Source: Trichodelitschia bisporula (taxonomy: Eukaryota). Taken from it: a stretch of 64,000 nt of DNA. The notes beneath the pieces are model-generated. The model worked only from the letters and a program-made list of their open reading frames with translations. It had not been told where the DNA came from and ran no database searches. The position numbers and the translations under genes were made by a program. Of this stretch, positions 1 through 11,911 are shown piece by piece (position 1 is the first letter of the stretch; every line of letters starts with the position of its first letter). The stretch spans positions 741,923 through 805,922 of the forward strand of contig ML996698.1 of assembly GCA_010356995.1 (NCBI GenBank), read 5' to 3'.

Positions 1-398
1 TTCTCATGCTGTCAGCCAGCAATCAATTCCGGCCATGAAGTTTACAGGTGTCACCATGCAGAAGACGAATGGGAAGCTGATGCTTGCTGCTATTGCCGTG
101 TTGGAGCGATAGAAAGCCGCTGCTAGCATCCACAGGCCGCTTCCCTCAAGCCATGCCAACCGGGTAACAAGGCAATTGTCATCATTGGAGGGCCAATATG
201 AAGTGACATGTCATTGCTTCGTATTTTTCTTAAAAGCCAGCTCGGCCAGATGCTATCGTTGTGCTCTCGCTGGTATTAGGGGCCCGAAATCCATGTTGTG
301 TGGGAAATGAGGCTAGCCAGAGTGCGGTGTGCGAAGGCCGTAATGTACAGTAGGGTGAAGATTCTCATGGCGCTGGGATACGTGATAGCCATAGGTCC

Positions 399-1220
399 TC
401 AGTTCATGCTCAGTCCACCCGCATCGTCCGCACCGTCTTGCTCTCCCCAAATCTGCTTGCTCTTCAACTCGACGCCCTTCATGGCGTTAGCAACCTCCTC
501 CAGCTTCTGAACCACATCCAAGACGCCGTGATTGACACGCTGAAAGTAGCGATCGTTCGCTTCTCTCCGCTTCCGCGCCATGGCGATATCGTTCTCCGTT
601 CCCTCTTCAAGCTCCGTCTTGTTGCTCCCGGCACTGGCCCCAGTCCCTGCTCTCGGCCGCCCCTTGACCTCAGCCTTCTCCCCCTCCATGCTTGTCTCAA
701 CACTCTTCACCTTGCCAACAGTCTCCTTTCCCTTTGCAGATGCCTCCTTCCCCGGTTCTTGCGACTCGTCCTCCACTTCAATCCGCGCCCAAGCCTGTGC
801 TAGTGCAATCTGCGCCGTACGCAGCTCCTCTAGGGCCTTTGAGTGTTCAGGACCAAAGACGTGCATGCCACTCGCAGCACTGAGCTCCACTTCCTCGAGG
901 TTGGTCTGCATTGCTGCCCACAGCGCGTCGGTGCGCTCGTGCTGTTGTTGCGTTTGCGGGCGTGATGGCTGGCGAGCCAGCGAGGCGGCGTCACTGAGGG
1001 ACGTTGCCGTATCAGGCCTCCTGGCGTCCTTTGTCCACTCGGGGATCTGAGAGTGTTCACGGCTCGCGGTTGGACGAAGGCTGGCTTCTTTGGTGGTAGT
1101 AGTCGTGGCTGGCTGGAGAGAGATGTTGGAGGCATTGCGGGAAGCTGGGCCGACGAAGAGCGTCGGGGCCGGAAGGCGTGCGGCCTTGGACTTGTCCGCT
1201 GGGAACTTGCCGGCCGACAT
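399..1220 (-). CDS. Hypothetical protein (273 aa), disordered N-terminus plus predicted coiled-coil helices
   Basis: Single ATG-to-stop ORF with gene-like codon usage. Helical blocks DALWAAMQTNLEEVELSA, HSKALEELRTAQIALAQAWAR and NDRYFQRVNHGVLDVVQKLEEVANAM resemble a conserved fungal hypothetical family (from recollection, not searched). Divergent from RPS23. Confidence 0.8.
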   Translation of the reverse strand: MSAGKFPADKSKAARLPAPTLFVGPASRNASNISLQPATTTTTKEASLRPTASREHSQIPEWTKDARRPDTATSLSDAASLARQPSRPQTQQQHERTDALWAAMQTNLEEVELSAASGMHVFGPEHSKALEELRTAQIALAQAWARIEVEDESQEPGKEASAKGKETVGKVKSVETSMEGEKAEVKGRPRAGTGASAGSNKTELEEGTENDIAMARKRREANDRYFQRVNHGVLDVVQKLEEVANAMKGVELKSKQIWGEQDGADDAGGLSMN

Positions 1221-1469
1221 GATAGGCTACATTGTTCTCGCGGAGCAGAGTTGTGATGTGATGAAGACGCGAGTTGGTGTTAAGGATGGTGCTGCGCCAC
1301 ATGCAGGGATCGGAATCCAGCCACACACTCACCAAACGCCAAGCTAAACCGGGAAAACGTTGCTCCAGGGACTCGCTCGCTTGCCGCACAAACTCCCAGG
1401 CCCTGAAGCCCAAACTCTCCGCATCGACATCCACCTTACTCTACCCATTCCGCGATCACGACTAAATCG

Positions 1470-1597
1470 GTATGCCACCTACTCTACCCGTTCCCTGAGC
1501 ACAGTGTTTCTTCGAAATCAGAGATACTGCTCGTCTCCGCCAATTTCCTATCACACAAACGCAAATTGCACCTACAACAGCGGCTAACGGTACACAG
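1470..1597 (+). other. Predicted 5'-UTR intron of RPS23
   Basis: GTATGC donor at 1470, GCTAAC branch site near 1583, CAG acceptor ending 1597, five nt before the ATG at 1603. Confidence 0.75.
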
Positions 1598-1602
1598 CAA
1601 AC

Positions 1603-2090
1603 ATGGGTAAAGGCAAGCCTCGTGGTTTGAACGCTGCGCGCAAGTTGCGCAACCATCGCCGCGACGGGCGTTGGGCCGATCTCCACTACAAGAAGCGTCT
1701 CCTCGGCACGGCCTACAAGTCGTCTCCCTTCGGTGGCTCTTCCCACGCCAAGGGCATCGTTCTCGAGAAGGTCGGCGTTGAGGCCAAGCAGCCGAATTCC
1801 GCCATTCGGAAGTGCGTTCGTGTTCAGCTCATCAAGAACGGCAAGAAGGTCACGGCTTTCGGTATGTTCAACTGGTCGATGAGATAGTATATTGGTACTA
1901 ATGCTTGCCAGTCCCCAACGATGGTTGCCTGAACTTCGTTGACGAGAACGACGAGGTCCTGCTTGCTGGTTTCGGTCGCAAGGGCAAGGCCAAGGGTGAT
2001 ATTCCCGGTGTCCGCTTCAAGGTCGTCAAGGTGTCCGGTGTCGGTCTGATGGCGCTGTGGAAAGAGAAGAAGGAGAAGCCGCGGTCATAG
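1603..2090 (+). CDS. RPS23: 40S ribosomal protein S23 (uS12)
   Basis: [15 protein letters not shown]...[30 protein letters not shown]...KEKKEKPRS. Exons 1603-1861 and 1912-2090, intron 1862-1911 (GTATGT...CAG). Confidence 0.99.
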
Positions 2091-2313
2091 ATTACACTTG
2101 TTCGGGTCGGGTCATTGGGGTTACGGATTTGCTTATGCATGGCCTGAAACGGGAGGCGTAAGAAATGACACAAAACTTCTTCTGAAATCCGATTGTGGTT
2201 CCGTTGCTCGTTGAGCGATATGTCTAGCCAAGTCTATATGCTTTTTGTTGCAACCTCGAATGGAGATATGCCATGCTACCTCATGTCAAGGGCCCCCAAG
2301 GTACCAACCCACC

Positions 2314-3062
2314 CTAAAACAGATCATCAATACTCTTCTCCGAGTCCTTCTTTATCAACTCCACCATCCCCTACACAGTCAGCTCCACACCCAACAAGAT
2401 TGAGCGTCCTACCTCAGGCATAATCGGCTTTCCGTCGTTTCCCACCACATACCGAAACGGCATCTCCGTGCTCTCATGCGCACTCACCCTAATCTCAGGA
2501 TGATCCACGAACTTGATATCCTCAAGCGGCGTCTGCTCCTGCACCACCATGCGCGTCACTCTCACCGCCGTATCGGTCGTCATCTGCACGGGGCCCAGTC
2601 GCCGGCCCTCGTATCCTTTGCGGCGTAACTCGCCCGTGCGGTCTGGCTATCAGCGCCGGTCGGCTTCAGCCTAGCAATGAGGACGTACCACGCGGCGGAT
2701 CGTCCCCTACTCCATCAGCTTCCCATCACCCAATATGCCTCAAGCTACGCACCCAATATCCCCCCGAACAGGAAAACATCAAACACATCCCCGTCCACCG
2801 GGGCCAATTCCTTCCCCGCCGCGGGGTCAAGCAGGCACACCCTCGGCTTAGGGAAGAGTGTCTCTACGCTCTCCGTCTTGACTTGTAAACCGGGTATGTT
2901 GGATAGGGAGGGCGGGAGGACAAGGTCGCTGGGCACGGAGGAGAGGATGAAGCCCGCGCCTGCGGCGGCGGATTCGGCGGCTATGGTGGCGTATTCGAGG
3001 GTGGACCACGGGCCCAACTCGGTGTCGAGGTGCTCGACTACAAAGGTTTTGGAGGAGGGCAT
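2314..3062 (-). CDS. SFM1: SPOUT-family SAM-dependent protein methyltransferase (DUF431 / Sfm1-like)
   Basis: Spliced product MPSSKTFVVEHLD...VCLLDP...FLFGGILG-DDPPR-DRTGELR...RRLGPVQMTTDTAVRVT...TEMPFRYV...PIMPE-GMVELIKKD. Three canonical introns, including an 18-nt micro-exon at 2689-2706. Confidence 0.92.
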
Positions 3063-6000
3063 AGCGGGCAATTGAAAGGGGAAAGAGAAGGTGTGGTGGG
3101 GTATGGACGGGCGCGAGATCGTGGGTCGCGTTGATGGAGGGGCTTTTTATGTCACGTGCTGAGCCTAATGACGTCGTTCGTGAGGCCGGATCACAATACT
3201 ACGAATGACACTTTGTAAGATTCACTTTTTCTTGTCACTTCATTGCGGATTCTATAGGGGCATCCGCTGGTACCTGTGACCAGATGGAGATCTCCTGACA
3301 ACGACGCTGCGTCCGAGTTCCCCGCATACAAACCTGCCCCGCCATCCGCTCCCCCACCTCGATATGAACCAGATCGCCATGCGGAGGGCCTCCCCTTCAC
3401 GGCGCTAATCACAGTGACCAACGCGAGTGAGTTATCCAAACATATCCATTTCAACCCAAAACGCGATCTCCAAGCCATCGGCCCTTTAAAAGCGAGATCA
3501 ACTTCCCTGGTTCTGCACCAATGCGGGGAATATCGCTTTCTGGGGAAAGACCGACGATCACGTTTCGCGCACAACGTCCACGGCACTTGCACCGCTCCCG
3601 CGTTCCACACACCGCGGAGCACATCCCGGATACCCCAGCATGCCGCTACCCACGGAGCTGCTCCCGCCAGAAGGCCGCGCAGGCGGATTGTACAGACCAT
3701 TTTGATAGATCACCGATAAGCGCCGCCGGTTTCCTCAAGATTCAGTTGCCAGTGCAAGGTTGGAACACTTACCCCGCTCTATGGACGGCATGGTTTGACG
3801 TGTGTGGGTAGCTGCTGCTTGCCATGTGAAGCTGGCGACGCGGCGGGGATATTCGCCACCCGTATCGACTGAGCATTTTCTGAACCAGCTGCGTTATGAA
3901 TGGGGTGAGGGGTTGGGGATATCCAGCATGTGAAGAGACTCCCTTTCCTCTCGGTTTCACTTGCCGTCGCTGGATATTTGGCAGTATGCTGACGCGGGGT
4001 CCGCGGAGACACGTACCCCTGGCTAGGTTGATGGTTGTTATCTGGGGTGGAGCTGAGTGAGATGGATGTCGGAAGGGATTGAAGATAAAACAGTTGCAGA
4101 GTGTCCAAACTGCCGGGATCCCGATCTCTGTCGTTTCCATATATCGTTTGGCGACGACCAACCAGACCTCTAGACGTCAAATGACACCGTCTCGACCAGC
4201 ATTTTGACTTGAGCGAGCGAGGATTTGTACGCTTGGGATGAATCGCTCTCTTGATAAGCACGATGAACGATAAGCCGGGAACAACGTTCAGGGGACCTGA
4301 GGGGCCATCCCCACTCCCGTCTCGACATATTTCGTCCATATTCTTGGTGACGTTGAGAGCGGATAATAATCGGGCCGTGAGGGCTATCTTACCCTCTCGT
4401 TTCTGATTCGAAGCTGAAAGCTGCGGCGTGAGAGGCTAGCCGATAATCCATCGCGTGATGCTGCGCCCAAAGTCAAAGATGGCTGTTGACGTCTCATCCC
4501 GGGAGCAGGTACCGACGGCCCCAAAGCAGGCAAAAGTGGACAAGGGTCAGCAGCACAAAGCAAGCCTCGCCAAAGGAGATGCATGCCGTGACGAAAAGAA
4601 TGGAGGTTCACATCGGCAGGGACAAATGAGGGGCGGTGAGGAGTGAGGGAAAGGGCAAAAGAAAGTGTGCCTTTGTTTTAGGCGCTAAGAGTTCGGCGAG
4701 TAACGCCCTGCTTCCTTTGAGTTGGGGGATCGGTGATAGAGGTGCTTTGTACCTTGGGGACTGATACATTAGGACTTGGGACTGGATGATACCGTAGCCG
4801 ACTTTGTGCCACGGTCTTGTGGGCACTGCTGTGCTCCCTCTCCATAGCCACATTCCAGGAGGGCATTTGCTGGTTCGGGGTTGTGGGGCTGGATGGCACG
4901 TGGGTGTCTGTCTCTCCTGATAACCATCTGCTTCTACCGTACCAGTAAGCATTACCCCGCTGGTACCAGCTCAGTTCGAGCCAAAGAAGCGATGCCTCAG
5001 AATCAAAAGAACCAAGAGATGCAGCATCCCCACCCTGGGCGCTTGCTTGCTCGGCTTGCAGGGCTGGAGGGGTTGCTCTACTGCGGTAGGGCGTTGTGAA
5101 AGGGCAAGGGAAGATGCGGCGGCGGTCCATCCTCTGACCAGTTGACAACCGACGTGTTGGACGTGAGACAGGGAAGAGGGGATGGGAGAGGCACCGTCAA
5201 TGTGAGGAGGAGAGAGAGGGGGTGGATTGAAAACAGAGAGATAGTGAGAGAAGAGCGAAGAGAGACGAGGCCTTTGAGCCGCCCCAGCTAACCCTTCTTC
5301 CACGCCATTACATACAGCTATGAATGCAAAGCAAGCACGAAGGGGACATCGTACGCCGTCTGGAAAGGCAACATGCAAGGAAACGGCGAACAGAGTAATT
5401 GCAGCCTGACGTCCAAGGCAAATTATTGAGAAATGGCAGAAATTCCACGACATGATAGGCGCGGAAGATTTGTGACAAGTTTACCGCCTTCTACTGTACT
5501 TCCGCTTTCACTTCCATTCCCCTCTCGACTCCAACCCCTCCCACCCCCGCCCTTACCTTTCCTACAAGTTGAACCACACAACCTTCCACCTCAACCATCT
5601 TGCAAATACTCTCGCCAAACCCTACAAATATCATCCCCTTCTCCTTCGCTGTCCCAGATACTCTACGTCCTCCAGAAGTCTACGCTACCATCTTCGAACG
5701 CCCTCTGCGCCGTCGCTCACTGCCATTGGGTACGACTTCCGTTGACGCATCGCAGCCGAACTTCCCCCGCCTTTTGTGCCTGCCATCTCGACAACCTCTT
5801 ACCACAAACACAGCAAGCGAAAGGACAAATTCTGGCCAAGACGGTGTGCTGTTGCCGTGACGAAGCCCCAGAAGCGGTCCCACACAACAAGAGACTTTGC
5901 CACCAGGATACCCACGACCTATAGCGAAGGCGACTCCCTGTCCTTAATTCGTTTCATATCCGCAAACCAACGCCAAGTTTCGCATCAAACCACTGCGTCC

Positions 6001-6231
6001 CTGTAGGCAGCGGCGTAAAGAACCCCACCGACGTAGCGTCTAGACACTGTTGTTCACAGGGTTGGCCCGTCAGCGCCGCTGCAGCACGGCCATTCAATAT
6101 CATTCGCCAGCGCCACTCTCAGGACAAAGCACAAACATCGCAAACAAATCGACGTTGCTGAATTCTTTGATCCATCTGTGTTCTTCCTCGTCTCCTTTTC
6201 CTCTTCCTCGCAAGTAAACAAATCGCCCACC

Positions 6232-6830
6232 ATGAATCCTCACCAGCGTAACAAGGTCGATATCAGCGTACGTGTTTGTGTCTCCCTTGCGAAGCGAACA
6301 GCGGCACTAACACCATCTGTAGTCACTCACTCCCGACGAGCAGAGGCTCTTCCGTTTATACGGGAAGCTTCCCACGAAGAAAGATCTGCTGCAAAATAAG
6401 CTCAAGGTACGCCTGCCCCTGCTGCTTCCCATCAGCTGTGTGCTAACTCGCATCACAGGAGCGCAAGTACTTTGACAGCGGCGACTATGCGCTCTCCAAG
6501 GCTGGCAAAGCCTCAGACATCGGCGTGACACAAGTCGGTCGCGAGCATCCGGTGCCCGAAAACATCCCGCACTCCGCGGCCCCGCACCCCGCTATCAACG
6601 GCCACTCCGTCACCTCGACCTCCCCCGGCACCGTCCCCGCGAACCACATTGCGCACGGCGGCTCTCCGGTTAAGGAAGGCAGCTTCCTGCAGCGCGAGAC
6701 GAGCGCCGACGACCTGACGACGGCCGAAGATTCAGCGCCGGTGCCGGCCCAGCAGCCGGTCCAACCGCCTGTCGCAGAGGAACAAGGCAGCGAGCACGCG
6801 AAGAACAAGCCCGTCGCGATCCAAAAGTAG
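6232..6830 (+). CDS. IGO1: Endosulfine/ARPP-19 family protein (Igo1/Igo2-like PP2A-B55 inhibitor)
   Basis: Spliced MNPHQRNKVDIS-SLTPDEQRLFRLYGKLPTKKDLLQNKLK-ERKYFDSGDYALSKAG. The FDSGDY motif is the Greatwall/Rim15 phosphosite. Two introns (about 6268-6322 and 6407-6458). Confidence 0.95.
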
Positions 6831-7328
6831 TGTCCTGTTGTTTTGACGTCACTCCAAAAGCAACGTTGCTTTACTTTGAGGTTCGCTAGATGTCCGATCG
6901 GCTTCTTTTGATTTGTTTGATATCCTAGCCTGTTGTTGCTGGATTTAACAGGAGCGGTTGTGTGTTGTTGCGAGCTGATATCGGGTTGGTGATGCTTGTA
7001 CGTATTTGATGGTGGTTGCGGAAGATGGATGGGTGGGCGTTTGTCGGAGTCATACCCCCGTGGGAACGATACATGTCTGCTATTGTGCGCTTTGAATCAA
7101 CTACCCCCCTGACGGGTTTCCTTGCCCTCTCATATGCATAGATGGTGCGTCAGTGTGTGCACTTTGACAGAGCTGGTCAAGCCTGCACCGTGGAATAAAT
7201 CGTGTTCCGTCATGCCATTCAAATGTCTATCTAGAGATGCCCGTTACAAACACCAGATACCCGGATACCAAACCAATTTTCCCACCCCATCCCTTTCCCA
7301 CCATTCAGTTTCCTCAACATGAAGAACT

Positions 7329-8448
7329 CTAGATCTCCACAGCCTTCCTCGCCATCTCCAACGCCCCCTCAAAGCTCGCATTCCCCCCAATGAACCCACT
7401 TGCATGCACGAAAACCGCCCCCGGGACACCAGCCACCTTACTCAACTCCTCATCCCTAAGCCCCTTCCACGCATCCGGCAAATCCTTACGATTACTAAAC
7501 GCCTCGCCCTCGACCCCGACCGCCCTGATGCGCCACTTACTCCCCGGCCCCGCACCCTCGGGGAACAGCACGTAGAGCACCTGCCCCTTGACAGCCGCAG
7601 CCTCTTCGAGCGAGTAAAGGTGATCCGCCCACGGGGATCCTTCCTTGAGTACCATGATCGCTCCCGAGGGGTGGTGAGTAGTACGGTCTTCGAATGCGGC
7701 GGAGACAGCGGCGCGCGCCGGGAGCCACGCCGCTACTTTGTCTGCTAACTCGAGCGCGAACTGCGTGCCCACAAACGTAGACGCATGGGCAAAGCGCGCG
7801 TCCTCGGCCGCCTGGGCGTCTAGCGCTGCATCATCCGTTGCTTCTGGCTCCGGGAGGCCGGGGACGGGATAAGCGTAGTTGAACCTGTTGACCGCGGCGG
7901 CGAGGCTGAAACCGCGGTTAACGAAGCGGGGTTTGATATTTGAGGACGCGAGGACGGAGGGATCGTACTCCGGGACGCCGTTGTCGTTTGCGTCGAAGGG
8001 TTCGATGAAGTCGGTGTAGAGTTTTTCGTAGAGGAGGGAGACGTCCGGGGAGTCGGTGGGTTGGGAGGTGTGTTGGGATATGATCGCGCGGCCGTAGTGC
8101 AGGTAGACCAGGCCGGCGGAGGAGAGTTTGGTGGTGTGGCCTGGGAAGACGGTTTTGAATTCCCGTTGGTGGTGGTCGAAGCGCTGCGTTGAGGGGTTGT
8201 ATTCGCCGCCGACGTCGACGACGGTGTGGCAGGTAGACAGGAGGGCGGGGTCACGGGTGCGGATGAGGGGGGAGCCGGTGTATGTTGGGAGGAGGCGGAG
8301 GAGATACACGGCCAGCGCTTCGTCGGCGTGGAAGTGGCCGCTGTGAGGAGGGTTAGTGATGGAGGAAGGCTGGGGGGAAGGGTGTGTACTTGTGCGTCCC
8401 GATGAGGGGTGCGGAGGTCTTTTGCCTTTTGGGTTCTGGGGAGGCCAT
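7329..8448 (-). CDS. MYG1: MYG1/UPF0160 metal-dependent hydrolase (3'-5' exonuclease family)
   Basis: IGTHN-GHFHADEALA, IRTRD, VVDVGG, FDHHQ, KLSSAGLVY and FVHASGFIGG motifs. Intron 8341-8389. An in-frame upstream ATG at 8538 could extend the N-terminus. Confidence 0.96.
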
Positions 8449-8760
8449 TCTGAAGGATTGGAAGGGGTTGAACTTGAGAGATCGAACGGGACGGAGGAGG
8501 GCGAGGCGGAGAGTGAGGGTACGTGGGAGGTGGTGCATGTGGTGAGGGTGTGAGGTAGGGGAAATATGGGATTTGAGCCAAGCCTGGTGGGTTGGTGTAT
8601 CCCTGCACGGCTGGATTGGGACATGGACGGAGAGGGAAGGGAAAGGCATGGCACGTCATCAGAGGACCAGAGGATGATGGGAAAACAGTACTGCTATTCA
8701 GTTCAAAACTAGCTTGCGATAGAGTACAATTACAAGATGGGATGTTTGGCCTTCTCCGCG

Positions 8761-9703
8761 CTACCAATTCATTGGTTTCCATGCATAGGGTCCCCGATCG
8801 AATTCGTCTATGATAGCTTTGCACCGGACCGTTAGAGTTCCATGCCTTTCATGGAACAGTGGCTTGTCACGAGTCTTAGGATCGGCGCTGTTATACGTGT
8901 TAATGATGTTCCAGACCTTTGTCCTAAGCCTATCTCCAGTTGCGTTGCGCCAGTTATAAAGGAGGTTGATGCTCGCTCCAATGCTGATCATTCGCTCCAG
9001 ATAGTATGCTCTCTCGACAATGGCCTTCCCTTCTTTGGGAGTAAAGTTGTAAATCTTTTGGAATCCCTTCGTCAGGGTGTTGACTGTGCTGGGCTTCTCT
9101 TCGTCCAATTCTATGAGCATCTGATCCAGCTCCATTTCACCACCGTGGGCTATGATGTTACGATCGCGGACCAACCTGTAATCCGGCGTCCGCATTTCAG
9201 CAGCTGTCAAGAGAAGCGTTCTCCGGATTGTGAGGACTTTTCTAAGGCATCTCCGAAATCTTGCATCGGAATCTTCCAGTTCCGTGAGCCTGGCCATCAT
9301 ATCTTCCTGGTTCAGCTTCCTCAGCTCAAATTCTTTTTTACGCTCCACCCCGATGGCAATGCCGAAGATCCCCAGGTCGGAGTCGATTACGAGTTGCATT
9401 TCGGAACATTCGTCGAGGAAGGCCGTCCGGAGAGTAGCTCGGCCGGGGGTACTACTTCAGATGACTCGACTTCAGTCTCTAGAAAGCCGGTCCAGAGATT
9501 TCTCTGTAGATCGTTAGTGTGTTGCGGAGCAGTCATGGACTCTGGAGGCACTTACCGTGCCAGCAGGAAGGGACGTACGGGTTAATCTGAGGGGTGTGAT
9601 GTTGGGAATCATTCCTGCGCCTGCTTTCTTTTTCTCGCCCTTTCGGAGAGACGTCTTGCCAACCGAACAGTGGAGAGGGTGGTGGTGAGCCAGATGCCGA
9701 CAT
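8761..9703 (-). pseudogene. Orphan or degenerate gene with coiled-coil and RNIIAH (HEPN-like) motif; intact 212-aa ORF at 8761-9399
   Basis: Upstream exon (MSASGSPPP...SCWH) ends at a GTAAGT donor (9555). Intron 9504-9555 has CTAAC and CAG and splices in frame to the 212-aa ORF, but TGA codons at 9472-9474 and 9457-9459 intervene. Confidence 0.45.
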
Positions 9704-11911
9704 GATGAAGGTGTATGAATGGTCTCGGATGTTCGATAAACCGACGTGGGAGGAGTGCTTCGAGCGCGACAGCGAGATGCATAGAAGCGCATTGTGGGAT
9801 GCAGAAAATAAATGCACAACAGCATGCTCACCGTCTTAGTCGACTCTCTCTGAAAAGACATTCGCTGTTTTGTTCTCAGTTCAAAGCTTCCACGTCCGGC
9901 CGAGAACGCACCCATTCCAGCTGAATGTGGTCACATGAAAAAAAAGCCGACCGAATTCGGCGACAAGAAAGCACATCCTCTGCATCGAGAGAAACAAAGC
10001 ACTTCACAGCGGTCAAAGGACTTCAGACAAGCAGAGGGGGGGTCAGAAGCACCAGTCAGCTGTTTTATAGGCTGGAACCTCGAGGCCACGGGTAATCGGC
10101 TGGAAGCCGAAAAGCAGCTACGGGATATGCCCAAGGGGGCGTAACGGGTCGAAGCCCATGACCGGCATCGCATTGCATGAGAGCTAGCCCATGTATCTCG
10201 ATTGATGCTCCGCGGGGAGGATGGTACCGGGGCGTCGCATGAGCTTGCTAGACGGCATTGTAGTTAGCGAAGGTGAGGTAGGCGGCACCAAGTAGCTTCT
10301 CTACGAGGGCGATGATATGGAACCCGATCACACACTAGGTTGTGCCCATTGAAGGCGCCAAAGCGGCAGTTTGGTTGCAAGAGCGAGGGCGAATGGCTGT
10401 TAAGTTGGTCGACTGGATGGTTGAGACAAAAAGGAGACGGTGTGCTGGAGAAGGATGGGAAGCCGGACCTGGCGTGCCTGGATACATTCCTGGGACGTTG
10501 GAGCTTGAATCTTATCTTCAGATTAGATGTTGTGCCGGCATTGGTCGAGTGGTTGCTTGGTTTGGAGTTTCATGAGCAACAGCAAATGACGGAGTCGTTG
10601 GCTAGAATGACGGGGAAGCGGAGATGGCAGACCGACTTGACAGAGGGGAAGTTTAATCATTAAATGGATGACGAAGTTCGTCTGCTTGCTGTTGGCCAGG
10701 ACTTTGTACCGCATTCTGCAATAGCAGACATCATCGAGCGCAAAGCCGCTGCAGTGTCATCCAAACATCGGTAAGACGCAACCCCCGTCGAGGCGGCCCA
10801 TCCCTGACTCCCACTTTTTCAAAGATCGTGGCCTCATTCACGCATAAGGTTACGAGCTTGCTGGACAAGGATAAGGCCATTGTTGATGGTGATGGTGGAA
10901 ACGTCACAGACAAGGCTGTATTCCCAGTTGATTCTTCCACTCATCACAGCCGGCTAGCTTATGAGTGTTATGATATGCGTACTGTGATCCGGTATTTATG
11001 TGGCCATTACTACCCACCAGCCCATGGTGCCCCTCCCATCCATCCAAAAGTACCTGCAGTGTGTAAGGATAGTTGCTCTGCATCACTGCACTCCGCACTC
11101 CGTGGCCTGCAACCCCCCGACAATCATCGTTCGGTCGCGTTCTGGTTACTCAACCAGGAACGACGCACGAGACAACCTTCCAAACCTTGGTTCGCTTGCC
11201 CTCCATCATACTTCCAACTTCTGCGACCCCTCTTCTTCTCCTAATTATCTCCTACTCCTACAGTACCCTCTTCTCTTCGCCTCCTCTCCGTCTCATTTCC
11301 TCAACCATCAGGTTTTATGTGCCGTGTTTCTCTCGCCCTACTGTAGCGCTAGAAGCTCCAAGATCTTTAGCTTCTTTTCGCACAGCTTCGTGGTGGCTTT
11401 TTCACGTGCTGATAAGCTCCGTGGCCCCCCCCTCTCCCGCGTCCCGTCTCCCCGTCGAAAAACGGCGAACCACCAGAATTGGCGAAAGCCACGAAACCTC
11501 CTTCAACAGCCTGACCGCCTTTTGAGGCAGAACCTTTTCACCTGTCGTCCCAAGATTTGGCAAGAAGGGGGCACGAAGTACTTTTCATGCTCATCTGCGT
11601 TCTCTGCTCCTTCCTACACCCTCGAAGTACCACCGACGTTGCTGCAAACTACTCCGCAAACGCGACGCAGCCGAGTCCTGCAGAGCTCGCACCCCTCCCC
11701 CCCTCTTCCCCAAACGGCCACTTCACTCTCCATCAGCTCCACCCCGCCCCCAAGCAACTCCAGCACCCGCATTCCCATCGATATTCTCCGTCGCGCCTAG
11801 CTGCGCGTCCCCGACGCGCTTAGCTCTAGTTGGTGAAGCTGTGAACACTCTCACTGATATCTACGGCCTCGACACGCTCACTCCGACGCGCTAGCGTCCC
11901 CACGCTGCCCG

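Noticed and set aside
9457..9474. Selenocysteine or programmed readthrough at the two TGA codons
   Set aside because: Sec machinery is not known in filamentous ascomycetes and neither stop has the TGA-CTA readthrough context.
10340..11800. Short ORFs upstream of ICE2 (107, 138 and 266 aa)
   Set aside because: They have non-ATG starts and no motifs; 11200-11900 looks like the pyrimidine-rich ICE2 leader.
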